DNA of 63,950 nt, the filler included, from Bacteriovoracaceae bacterium (lineage in GTDB: Bacteria; Bdellovibrionota; Bacteriovoracia; Bacteriovoracales; Bacteriovoracaceae): assembly GCA_018649885.1 (NCBI GenBank). It is 5 parts of 5 records of this genome, joined end to end, with 100 filler letters (N's around TTAATTAATTAA, not from the genome) between each part and the next. Parts side by side here need not be neighbours in the genome. Positions count along the whole stretch, not along the records: positions 18,248 to 48,105 come from JABIHA010000026.1; 4 more parts are not named here. One strand, written 5' to 3'. Every line of letters begins with the position of its first letter. Within the stretch, counting starts at the first letter, position 1. A program made the translations under genes and the position numbers. This document shows positions 28,635 through 38,235 of the stretch, one piece after another. Below the pieces are notes generated by a model. It did no database searches and had not been told where the DNA came from. It saw nothing but the letters and a program-made list of their open reading frames with translations.

Positions 28635-30218
28635 ATGATTAGTACCAATAATGTTGCCCTGGGTTTTGGGGGACGAAAATTATTTGATGATGTGAATATA
28701 AAGTTTACCCCTGGAAGATGCTACGGGCTGATTGGCGCCAACGGTGCTGGAAAATCTACCTTTCTCAAACTGCTATCAGGTGAAATAGAAGTCCAATCGG
28801 GGACAGTCAGTATCACCCCTGGACAAAGAATATCCGTATTAAAGCAAGATCATTTTGCCTTTGATGAATACCCTGTTCTTCAAACAGTAATTATGGGCAA
28901 TGAAAAACTCTACGGTATTATGAAAGAAAAAGATCTTATTTATGCCAAAGAAGATTTTTCAGAAAGTGATGGAATCAAGGCCTCTGAACTTGAAGCTGAA
29001 TTTGCCGAGATGAATGGCTGGGAAGCAGAATCTGAGGCAGGCGTAATGCTAGCAGGTCTTGGTATTGGTGTTGAATACAATGATCTATTAATGAAAGAGT
29101 TAACGGGCGGAGAAAAAGTAAAAGTGCTTCTAGCTCAAGCTCTTTTTGGTGCTCCCGATATTCTACTTTTAGATGAGCCCACCAACCATTTAGATATTAA
29201 AGCAATTGATTGGTTGGAAAAATTTCTTTTAAACTTTAAAAATACTGTGGTTGTTGTTTCGCACGATAGGCACTTCTTAAATAAGGTCTGCACTCATATG
29301 GCAGATATCGATTTTGGTAAAATTACTACCTATGCTGGAAATTATGATTTTTGGCGAACATCGAGCGAGCTTGCCCAACGTCTTCGAAGTAATGAAAATA
29401 AAAAAGAAGAAGACAAAGCAAAAGAGCTCAAGGCCTTTATTCAAAGATTTAGTGCCAATGCTTCCAAGTCAAAGCAGGCCACTTCAAGGCAAAAGCAATT
29501 AGAAAAATTGCAATTAAATGATCTGCCAGTTTCGACTCGTAAGTATGCTTTTGTAAATTTTGTACCCAAAAGAGAGGCCGGAAAAGATATTCTTAAAGTT
29601 GATAGACTCTCTAAGAGTATTGACGGGATCAAAATACTTGAAAATATCTCTTTTACTATTCACAAGGGAGATAAGGTTGTCTTCTTAAGTGATAATGATC
29701 TGGCGAAGACGACACTTTTTCAAATTCTCTCCGGCGAACTGAAGGCCGATAGTGGAAGTGTCGATTGGGGAGTAACTACAACAAGGGCATATCTTCCCAG
29801 TGATAATGCCGAGTACTTTAAAAGTGGTGAGTTAGATCTTATTAACTGGCTTAGACAATACTCTGAAGATAAATATGAATCTTTTGTTCGTGGATTTTTA
29901 GGGAAAATGCTCTTTTCTGGAGAAGAGGCGCTTAAGAAAACCAATGTACTTTCTGGTGGGGAGAAAGTACGTCTGATGCTTTCAAAGATGATGCTCTCTG
30001 GGGCCAACGTATTAATTCTCGATGGACCAACAAACCATCTCGATTTAGAGAGTATTACCTCTTTCAATGATGGGCTTGTTAGATACAAAGGAACTGTTTT
30101 ATTTGCCTCCCATGATCATGAATTTGTTCAAACAGTGGCAAATAGAATTATTGAAATTCAAACCACCCTTACTGCTGATGTGGAAACGACATTTGATAAG
30201 TATTTAGGATTCGAATAG
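28635..30218 (+). CDS. ABC-F family ATPase (YbiT/YkpA-like)
   Basis: Tandem ABC domains without TM segments; GANGAGKST, DEPTNHLD and RFSANASKSKQATSR linker. Confidence 0.93.
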   Translation: MISTNNVALGFGGRKLFDDVNIKFTPGRCYGLIGANGAGKSTFLKLLSGEIEVQSGTVSITPGQRISVLKQDHFAFDEYPVLQTVIMGNEKLYGIMKEKDLIYAKEDFSESDGIKASELEAEFAEMNGWEAESEAGVMLAGLGIGVEYNDLLMKELTGGEKVKVLLAQALFGAPDILLLDEPTNHLDIKAIDWLEKFLLNFKNTVVVVSHDRHFLNKVCTHMADIDFGKITTYAGNYDFWRTSSELAQRLRSNENKKEEDKAKELKAFIQRFSANASKSKQATSRQKQLEKLQLNDLPVSTRKYAFVNFVPKREAGKDILKVDRLSKSIDGIKILENISFTIHKGDKVVFLSDNDLAKTTLFQILSGELKADSGSVDWGVTTTRAYLPSDNAEYFKSGELDLINWLRQYSEDKYESFVRGFLGKMLFSGEEALKKTNVLSGGEKVRLMLSKMMLSGANVLILDGPTNHLDLESITSFNDGLVRYKGTVLFASHDHEFVQTVANRIIEIQTTLTADVETTFDKYLGFE

Positions 30219-30221
30219 CTT

Positions 30222-30632
30222 ATGGACGGCATTAAGGTTCCCATTAAAGAGCTCAACTTCAGTTTTTCAAGAAGCTCCGGAGCTGGTGGCCAAAATATCA
30301 ATAAAGTGAATTCCAAGGCCACATTGAGATGGAATTTAGCAGCATCAAAAGTCTGCTCCAAGGCCATGGCCGAGAGGTTTATCTCAAAATTCTCACGTTA
30401 TGTTTTAGAAGACGACATTGTTATGATTTCAAGCCAGCGGTTTCGAAACCAAGCGAGAAATATTGCAGACTGTATAGAAAAACTAGAAGTGATGCTCACA
30501 AGCGTGAAAAAGGCCCCCAAAAAAAGAAGGGCAACCAAACCTACAAGAGCATCCGTTGAAAAAAGGCTCAAAGTAAAAAAGGGCAAATCTCAACTCAAGA
30601 AAAATAGAAGGAAATCAACTGATTATGAATAA
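30222..30632 (+). CDS. arfB: Alternative ribosome rescue peptidyl-tRNA hydrolase
   Basis: SRSSGAGGQNINKVNSK, RNQARN and a basic tail KKRRATKPT. Confidence 0.93.
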   Translation: MDGIKVPIKELNFSFSRSSGAGGQNINKVNSKATLRWNLAASKVCSKAMAERFISKFSRYVLEDDIVMISSQRFRNQARNIADCIEKLEVMLTSVKKAPKKRRATKPTRASVEKRLKVKKGKSQLKKNRRKSTDYE

Positions 30633-31233
30633 ACCATTTGCACCATCATGTGAGAGAAATAAAGATGCCATCTTAAAGATTCTCAAACAATATATCACCA
30701 GTGATGACCACAGACTGCTCGAAGTGGGCTCAGGTAGTGGTCAACACGCCGTACATTTTGCTCCCGAGTTTAAAGATCTTCAATGGGTAACAAGTGATGT
30801 GAAATCTAATCATGATGGAATTAAGCAGTGGCTCAAGTCAGCTAGAATCCCCAATATCCACGGGCCACTAGATTTTGAGTTAGGCGTCGATGAATTTCCA
30901 AGACAGATATTCAACCTTGTTTTCACCGCCAATACTTTTCATATTCTCTCTTGGAAGCAAGATAAGAGTTTAATGAAAATGTTTGGCAACAGACTTCGCG
31001 AGGGAAGCCAGGTTTTTATCTACGGCCCCTTTAATTACGATGGGAAATACACATCAAAGAGTAATGAAGATTTCGATATGTGGCTCAAAGATCAAGACTC
31101 AAAAAGTGCCATTCGAAATTTTGAAGACGTCAATAGTTGCATGGTCAAAAATGGATTCAAGCTGACCGCTGATCACGAAATGCCGGCCAATAATAGAATG
31201 CTCGTTTACACTAGATTAGAATTTGTAAAATAA
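30625..31233 (+). CDS. DUF938 family SAM-dependent methyltransferase
   Basis: APSCERNK, LEVGSGSGQH, YGPF and MPANN motifs. Confidence 0.9.
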   Translation: MNKPFAPSCERNKDAILKILKQYITSDDHRLLEVGSGSGQHAVHFAPEFKDLQWVTSDVKSNHDGIKQWLKSARIPNIHGPLDFELGVDEFPRQIFNLVFTANTFHILSWKQDKSLMKMFGNRLREGSQVFIYGPFNYDGKYTSKSNEDFDMWLKDQDSKSAIRNFEDVNSCMVKNGFKLTADHEMPANNRMLVYTRLEFVK

Positions 31234-31257
31234 TCTCTTACTGCCCTTTTGTTTTTG

Positions 31258-31457
31258 TTTTCCTTTTTGTTGGGTGTTGGCATTTGCCCTTGCCCTCCCA
31301 CATCGGTTTAGACTTGTCGTTTGAATCTTAAGATCATGACTAAAAATAGAAAAAAATATTTTCTTGGTACTAATATTTATAGCTTTAAAGAACTGTGTTC
31401 TTATAGATTTTATCTTGGGTGGGCAAGGGCAAATGCCAACACCAATAAAAAGGAAAA
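31258..31457. repeat. Long inverted repeat (~42-bp arms, ~115-bp spacer)
   Basis: 31258-31300 pairs with 31416-31457 (GGGCAAGGGCAAATGCCAACACC core). A related GGGCAAGGGCAA motif lies at ~10343. Confidence 0.8.
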
Positions 31458-31487
31458 GGGAAGGAAAAAGGAAATTGCCCCTGTAAT

Positions 31488-33572
31488 TTAATTATAGATA
31501 TAAATGGGGGATGACCATGCCCTTTGACCTGCAAGAGAAGTGCAGTCATCATCTTTCGATGTTTTGTGACCACCAGTACAGAGCGTAACCTTTTTACAAT
31601 TGACCTCACTGCACTTGATTCCACCCACTCCAATGACGGGAGTTTTCTCTTGAATTGCCCTGACATAATATAGTGAGGGACGATCACCTTTTATGAATAG
31701 AGCGTCTGTAAAATGAGCGCTACAAAGGCCTGCATTTTTTGGACATTTAATTGTCTTCCAAGGATCTTCAATGAGATCTCCCACGTATTCACCTTTAGAA
31801 ATTTTTGGGGTTATTTTTATCACCCCTATTCGAGCAATGGCATGTCTTTCACTGCTAGGGTTAAAACATTCTCCTCCACATAGGGATTTTTGCTTCTTCT
31901 TTGAGAGGGGATGATTATCAGGGCAACCTGGTTTTTGAATTCTGGCACCAACTGCCTTAACAAAGAATTGAGGGTTTTCTTTGAGGGTTAACTCACTTCC
32001 CATAGGGAGAGTTGTATCTCCTTCAGTGATGTTAAAGTAAAGTGACATCCTTACTCCCGATGTTGCATAGACATTTCGATTTTTGATAGACTCCCATAGC
32101 TGATCTCTATCATTTGAGCTAGCATGGACTGCAATTAATCCTCCAGTAGTGTAAACACTACTTTGGCGGTTGATATCAAGTATCTCAAATGGTGACATCT
32201 TTTTTAATTTGTCCATGGGGATCCTGACTGACTCGTATCCCTTGGGTTTCTTCTCACCTTTAATCATTTCATCCAAGCTCTTAGTCCTAGGTCCATAGGT
32301 GTCGGTAAAAAAGTGGCGTTTGATTTCTTTATAGCCTGTTCCGCCTCTGGCCGAGTGATTGTCACTGGAGCCAATAAAACCAAACCTTCTAAATCTAAAG
32401 CGCTTTGACTTTGGCCTTCCTGCACTGGCCAGTATATTTTGGGCCGCCCCTTTCGGCCTATAGTGAAAGGCAGGACTGTAACAATCTCTGCAAACCCCGC
32501 AGTCTTTCCAATCCTCACTGGTGCTCCAAGGAATTGCTAAGTGACCAGCTACTCCCATAGCGAGGTAGTCTTTCTGTGCCTTTGTTATTCTTGTTTTACA
32601 AAGTTGAGAGTGGAGATCAATACATCTTTCTTTGATGAGCAGACCTGCTCTATGACAGCATGGTTCAAATTGCGAGGAAGGTTTTGGGCAGGTGAGCTCT
32701 TTTGTTTTGGGATTGACCGTAACCGAGCGAAAATTTCGATAAGTTTCAGAAGCGCCATGTCCGGAATAAATTTCTAATAGGTACTGGATATCAAAATCAA
32801 ACTGACCTGAATTAATTTGGTCATTAAAATCAAAACCCATGGGGGTGTAATAACCCCAGCTCATGCCGTGGGGTATAACCGTAAACTCTGAGGAGGTTTT
32901 TTTGAGCTTAGCTATAAGCTCACGGGGTGTCTTTGCTACCTCAAGGCATTTACCATTTTTATTAGGCCTTGATCCATCGTCAGTGCAAGCTTTTCTTGCT
33001 TTGAGTTTTCTTTGATAGGCCAAAAATTTCATATAAATGGGAAGATTTTTGAAGTCTCCGAATATAGTTTTTAAAATTAACTTTCCACTGGGGGACCAGG
33101 TTTGAATACCAGACTTAAGTGGTTCTGAAGATATTGCGCTTCGTGGAAGATCGCCAGAATTTAGAGATTTAAAGACTACATTTTGATGGCCGTAGTGATT
33201 TTTTGCCTTCTCTCCCACATGAGTCCATTCAAATCCAGCAAATGCTGTTAGTGACTTTCCATTTCTAGGGTTTATTTTTCCGTCACACTTATTTAATCGG
33301 TTAATAATAGATTTCCATTTTTTTGGAGATGATGATTCAGCATGATCTGTAAGGGAGAAGAAATCAATTTCAGAGCAGTACTGGGCAAAGTCACATGCGT
33401 CTTTAACAGTGTGAGGGCCATCTCCATTGAGTATAGGTAGATTTGATATGAAAGCATCTGCTGATGCAGTGGTGTGCACATGAAAATCACCAAAATAGAT
33501 TTCAGCATTTACTTGGGCGGTAGAAATAAAGAGCATTGTTGCTGCCGCAACTAACTTTACAGCATAGGACAT
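31488..33572 (-). CDS. DUF3604 family secreted PHP-like metallohydrolase
   Basis: FGDFHVHT, TDHAE, GSSDNH, VYATSG and RAWSSPI motifs. Confidence 0.88.
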   Translation of the reverse strand: MSYAVKLVAAATMLFISTAQVNAEIYFGDFHVHTTASADAFISNLPILNGDGPHTVKDACDFAQYCSEIDFFSLTDHAESSSPKKWKSIINRLNKCDGKINPRNGKSLTAFAGFEWTHVGEKAKNHYGHQNVVFKSLNSGDLPRSAISSEPLKSGIQTWSPSGKLILKTIFGDFKNLPIYMKFLAYQRKLKARKACTDDGSRPNKNGKCLEVAKTPRELIAKLKKTSSEFTVIPHGMSWGYYTPMGFDFNDQINSGQFDFDIQYLLEIYSGHGASETYRNFRSVTVNPKTKELTCPKPSSQFEPCCHRAGLLIKERCIDLHSQLCKTRITKAQKDYLAMGVAGHLAIPWSTSEDWKDCGVCRDCYSPAFHYRPKGAAQNILASAGRPKSKRFRFRRFGFIGSSDNHSARGGTGYKEIKRHFFTDTYGPRTKSLDEMIKGEKKPKGYESVRIPMDKLKKMSPFEILDINRQSSVYTTGGLIAVHASSNDRDQLWESIKNRNVYATSGVRMSLYFNITEGDTTLPMGSELTLKENPQFFVKAVGARIQKPGCPDNHPLSKKKQKSLCGGECFNPSSERHAIARIGVIKITPKISKGEYVGDLIEDPWKTIKCPKNAGLCSAHFTDALFIKGDRPSLYYVRAIQEKTPVIGVGGIKCSEVNCKKVTLCTGGHKTSKDDDCTSLAGQRAWSSPIYIYN

Positions 33573-33854
33573 AGATTGACCTCACGGATTGCAATTTAAT
33601 GTTAACTAAGACTAACAACTGTTTAATTGCATCACTAGAGTCACTAATTAGAATCTAATCTACTTAATTTAAAAATAATGCTCCAAAGATATTACTAGGT
33701 ATTGTGGTGAATGATATTCGTAACTGTTCGGAATTTTTGTAATTTCTCTATAGTTTACATTTTTATACACTTAATTACCCAATTGTTGTAACACTGGCCT
33801 TTTGGTAGGTTAGCGAATTTTTCAAACACCCAAAATCTTTCAAGGGAGATCAAA

Positions 33855-34670
33855 GTGAAATTCATCTTATTGTTTATCGGCCTTAGTATCTTAATTTCTG
33901 GATGCTCCAGCATCAGTAAAGAGGAGTGCCAAACAACAGATTGGTTTTTGAAAGGGCAAGAACTCGGCTCTCTTGGAAAATCTAGCAGTAGGGCCAAGAA
34001 AAATATGAAGGTGTGCCAGGAAAAGGGAGTCTCCCCCAATTTGGCCCAGTTCAGAAAAGGTTATGAGGAAGGACTAGCTGACCACTGCTCATATGATAAC
34101 GGAAAAATTCTAGGAGAGAGTGGAAAGAGTAGTAGTTTATTTTGTAAGGGAAAGCTTAAGTCTAATTATATAAATGGATATAGGGTTGGTCTGAAAAGTT
34201 TTTGTAGCGCCGAAAATGGAAGATCTGACGGTGAGCAAGGGCTGGGTATGAATAAATTATGTCACTTGTCTTCTGGTACCGGTTATAGAAAGGGCCATTT
34301 TGTCGGACTAAGAAGGTTTTGTAGTTTTGAAAATGGTCTGATGGATGGTAAAAATGGGAGAGAGGCCCACTCATCTTGTAGAGCTAAAGTTGGAAGAGAT
34401 TATATTCGTGGGCACCTCGTTGGAGCGAAAGCTTATCAACTGCAACGTCTCTTGCTAGGAAATAGTAGGGATAATACCGCACCTGCTAACCCGGCAGATG
34501 CTTACAAGCAAATTCTTAACTCTAAAGCTAACAGCTGCATTTCTGATTTTAGTTGCAGGGATACTGATAGGTGTGAAGAAAACAAATGCGTAAAAAGTGG
34601 AATTAAATGCAATTTTAGAAGGGATTGTGAATTTGAAGGGCGTTGCGTGAAAGATACTTGTAAGTACTAG
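33855..34670 (+). CDS. DUF2799-like lipoprotein with Cys/Gly repeats
   Basis: Lipobox ISGC; SKEECQTTDW; repeated C..NG...G..G...C...Y..G...GL..FC units. Confidence 0.8.
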   Translation: MKFILLFIGLSILISGCSSISKEECQTTDWFLKGQELGSLGKSSSRAKKNMKVCQEKGVSPNLAQFRKGYEEGLADHCSYDNGKILGESGKSSSLFCKGKLKSNYINGYRVGLKSFCSAENGRSDGEQGLGMNKLCHLSSGTGYRKGHFVGLRRFCSFENGLMDGKNGREAHSSCRAKVGRDYIRGHLVGAKAYQLQRLLLGNSRDNTAPANPADAYKQILNSKANSCISDFSCRDTDRCEENKCVKSGIKCNFRRDCEFEGRCVKDTCKY

Positions 34671-34741
34671 CTTTTTCACTTTGTTTTGCATCTATTTCCT
34701 ATTATTCTTGTGTCCAGAAGAGGAATCTTTTTGGAATTCTT

Positions 34742-37321
34742 ATGAATTGGCATCTTGAAACTATAGAGCAAACACAAAAATTACTTTGCACCGGAGCTGT
34801 AAGTGGACTGACGGATTCCCAAGTTTTACTGGCACGAAATCAGCATGGGGCGAATATCCTACCTGAGGTCCCTGGTAAAAAAATTACTTCCATGATTTTT
34901 GAACAATTGGCCAACTTTATGATCATTGTATTGATCGCTGCGGCCATAGTCAGTGCTCTGATGGGAGAGATTCACGACAGTCTTGTTATCTTATTTATTG
35001 TTGTGCTCAATGCAGTAATTGGTGTCGTGCAAGAATACCGTGCTGAAAAAACATTACAGGCCTTAAAAGAAATTATCACGCCCACAGCTATTGTCATTAG
35101 AAATGGTGAAAAAGAGAAAATTCCAACCGAAGAGTTAGTTCCAGGTGATTTGGTAATGCTCGAAGCTGGTGATAGCGTTCCTGCTGATCTTAGACTCAGT
35201 GAAATTCACTCACTTAAAATCGATGAAGCAACCCTTACAGGTGAGTCGGTTCCTGTTGAAAAAAACACGACTCTACTCATAAGTCGTGATTTACCAACTG
35301 CAGACAAAACCAATATGGCCTTTAGTGGAACCTCTGTTACCTATGGTAGAGGGCGAGGATATGTCACCTCAACTGGGAGTGACACTGAGTTTGGAAAAAT
35401 CGCTCACTTGCTCTTAAGTGAACAAAGGGTGAAAACACCACTCCAGCAAAGATTAGATAAGTTTGGAAAAAAGCTAACTATTTTTCTGATCTTGTTATGT
35501 ATTTGTGTATTTATTCTTGGAATTCTTAGGGGAGGAGATCCTCTTCTTATGTTTTTGACAGCGGTCAGTTTAGCGGTGGCGGCCATCCCTGAAGCGCTTC
35601 CTTCTGTCGTCACTGTTTGCCTGGCCATAGGGGCCAAGGTTTTAGCTAAGAAAAAGGCGCTCATTAAAAATTTGCCTGCAGTTGAAGCACTTGGTTCAGT
35701 GAGTTTTATTTGCTCTGATAAAACCGGGACCATAACTAAAAATGTGATGCACGCAGAAGATTTTTTTATAGGCGAAGACTCCCTATCAAATGAATTTTGG
35801 CACGCTATTTGTTTAAATAACGACACTCAATTCAAAGCAGGTGAGTTCTTTGGGGATCCCACTGAGGTTGCCTTGATTCGAGGTGCTATCTCCCATGATC
35901 ACAACCCACAAGACGTTCAACATAAATTTCCAAGATTTTTAGAAATTCCTTTTGATTCTAAAAGAAAATTAATGAGCACACTTCATAAGTTCAGAGACGG
36001 TCCAGGAGTTGGTTTTCTTATTACCAAAGGGGCCCCTGAAGTACTATTACCTCTTTGTGGTGCACATAGTTTACTTAAAACGGCAGACAAAATGGCGGCC
36101 AAGGGGCTTCGAGTTTTGGCCTTTGCGCGGAAGGATTTAAATTGTGATGACATCTCTTGTGGAGAGTTAAAAGAGGGAGAAGTTCATCAGCTTGAAACAA
36201 GTCTTGGGTTTTTGGGGTTAGTGGGACTCATTGACCCTCCTAGAGAGGAAATTAAACAAGCCGTTACCCATGCGAAAAGTGCTGGTATTACTCCTGTGAT
36301 GATAACTGGAGATCACCCTTTAACAGCAAAAACCATCGCTCAAAGAGTGGGAATTATAGATTGTGATGACCAACTTGTTTTAACGGGAGCCGAGTTAGAT
36401 AAAATTAGTGATGAAGATCTGAAAGGTGAGATTACAAATATCCGGGTATTCTCTAGATGTTCTCCTGAACAAAAAATTCGCATTGTAAAAACCCTGCAAT
36501 CCCTTGGTGAACATGTTGCCATGACAGGGGACGGAGTTAACGATGCTCCTTCACTAAAAAGAGCTGATGTTGGTATTGCGATGGGAATAACTGGCACACA
36601 TGTGGCAAAAGAAGCTGCTGCTATAACTCTACTTGATGATAATTTTGCCTCTATTGTTAATGCTGTTAGAGAGGGAAGGCGAATATTAGCTAATATCAAA
36701 AAGTTTATTCAGTTCGCACTTACGGGTAATACTGGGGAAATAATAACGATTCTTATGGCACCCGCCTTTGGCCTTCCTATTCCTCTTCTTCCTATTCATA
36801 TTTTGTGGGTCAATTTGGTCACAGATGGTCTGCCAGGTCTGGCCCTTGCCGGTGAAATTGAAGAGGAAGGAATTATGAGTACTCCTCCCAGAAGTTCTAG
36901 TGAAGGGCTACTTACAAAACGCTCGCTGATTCACGTTGTATTTTATGGTTCAGTTGTGGGGGCCTGTACATTGTGGGCGGCCAGTATTGGATATAAGCAG
37001 GACGCACTGACCATGCAAACCATGGCATTTAGCGTCCTTAACTTTTCCCAACTTTTATTAGTCATGGAGCTTCGATTTGAGCGCTGGAGCGTATTTAATT
37101 TTGCTAAAATGCGCTCTAACATCTCCATTCATCTCGCTTTTTACATCTCCTTTGCCATTGTTTTATTTGGTCTATATGTGCCTATGGGGCAAAAGCTTTT
37201 TAAATTGAGAGCTCTAAGTCCTAGGGAGCTGTGTATCTGTATTGCCATTTCTACAATTGTTATTTGGGTCTTCGAGCTTGAAAAGTTTCTCCAGAAGAGG
37301 GTGTTTCTTGTGAAATCTTAA
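34742..37321 (+). CDS. Cation-transporting P-type ATPase (type IIA, Ca2+-like)
   Basis: TGES, IPEAL, DKTGT, KGAPE and GDGVND motifs. Confidence 0.95.
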   Translation: MNWHLETIEQTQKLLCTGAVSGLTDSQVLLARNQHGANILPEVPGKKITSMIFEQLANFMIIVLIAAAIVSALMGEIHDSLVILFIVVLNAVIGVVQEYRAEKTLQALKEIITPTAIVIRNGEKEKIPTEELVPGDLVMLEAGDSVPADLRLSEIHSLKIDEATLTGESVPVEKNTTLLISRDLPTADKTNMAFSGTSVTYGRGRGYVTSTGSDTEFGKIAHLLLSEQRVKTPLQQRLDKFGKKLTIFLILLCICVFILGILRGGDPLLMFLTAVSLAVAAIPEALPSVVTVCLAIGAKVLAKKKALIKNLPAVEALGSVSFICSDKTGTITKNVMHAEDFFIGEDSLSNEFWHAICLNNDTQFKAGEFFGDPTEVALIRGAISHDHNPQDVQHKFPRFLEIPFDSKRKLMSTLHKFRDGPGVGFLITKGAPEVLLPLCGAHSLLKTADKMAAKGLRVLAFARKDLNCDDISCGELKEGEVHQLETSLGFLGLVGLIDPPREEIKQAVTHAKSAGITPVMITGDHPLTAKTIAQRVGIIDCDDQLVLTGAELDKISDEDLKGEITNIRVFSRCSPEQKIRIVKTLQSLGEHVAMTGDGVNDAPSLKRADVGIAMGITGTHVAKEAAAITLLDDNFASIVNAVREGRRILANIKKFIQFALTGNTGEIITILMAPAFGLPIPLLPIHILWVNLVTDGLPGLALAGEIEEEGIMSTPPRSSSEGLLTKRSLIHVVFYGSVVGACTLWAASIGYKQDALTMQTMAFSVLNFSQLLLVMELRFERWSVFNFAKMRSNISIHLAFYISFAIVLFGLYVPMGQKLFKLRALSPRELCICIAISTIVIWVFELEKFLQKRVFLVKS

Positions 37322-37422
37322 TTTTAGCTGCACTGGGTTTTGAAACGTCCACACACCTTAAAGTCACATGACAAATTTGCAATAAGAGGGTATTTTTTAG
37401 CTTATTTGTAGGGTGAAAAAGT

Positions 37423-38235
37423 ATGGCGATAGAACTAATTGGAACTAAAATTCATAAATCTGGAGAGGTAGTTAAATCATCTCAAAAGTCAGTGAGTGTG
37501 GCCTGTGAAGAGGCACTACAAATTTCTATCAATGAAATTCCCTATACCATAACTATGAGAACGCCAGGTGCTGACTGTGCTTTGATTCAGGGCCTTCTTT
37601 TTACTGAAAATATTTATCACGGTACTCCATTAAAGCTCAGCTCTTATGATTTTGATGATCAAAAAAATCCCACTCACATAAATGTTGAAATAGCTGAGGA
37701 TCAGCTACTCAAAGATATTTCCGGCAATAGAACTTTGATTTCCTCATCGTCGTGTGGTTTTTGTGGAAAAAAAGACTTAAAAGATATAGAGCTTAGGGGC
37801 GCTCCTATTGTGGACTCAGCTTCCATTGCTTTCAAACATATTCAAGTTCTCTTTGATGAGATCTCCTCTCATCAATTGATTTTCAGTGAAACAGGTGGAG
37901 TTCATGCAGCTGCACTTTTTTCCAAGGAGCAACAGCTTCTTTCTATCTATGAAGATATCGGAAGACATAACGCCGTCGATAAAGTGATTGGCAACGTACA
38001 TAAAGATGGAAATCTCAGTGAAGCAAAAATTCTTTTGATCACTGGTAGGGTTTCCTATGAAATATTGGCCAAGGCCTTTAGAGCAAAAATTCCCATAATT
38101 TTGGCGATCTCTGCACCTACTTCACTTGCTGTTGAAATGGCGGTTGATCTGGGAATTACCATTGCAGGTTTTTGTAGAGAAAATAGCGCCACCGTTTATA
38201 GTCATCCAGAAAGAATCCTTTGGGGAGAGCAGTAA
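37423..38235 (+). CDS. fdhD: Formate dehydrogenase accessory sulfurtransferase
   Basis: TMRTPG, SSSCGFCG, TGGVHAA and EDIGRHNAVDK motifs. Confidence 0.95.
   Translation: MAIELIGTKIHKSGEVVKSSQKSVSVACEEALQISINEIPYTITMRTPGADCALIQGLLFTENIYHGTPLKLSSYDFDDQKNPTHINVEIAEDQLLKDISGNRTLISSSSCGFCGKKDLKDIELRGAPIVDSASIAFKHIQVLFDEISSHQLIFSETGGVHAAALFSKEQQLLSIYEDIGRHNAVDKVIGNVHKDGNLSEAKILLITGRVSYEILAKAFRAKIPIILAISAPTSLAVEMAVDLGITIAGFCRENSATVYSHPERILWGEQ

Noticed and set aside
31336..31485. ~49-codon ORF inside the inverted repeat
   Set aside because: No RBS, and half of it is the repeat arm itself; likely spurious.
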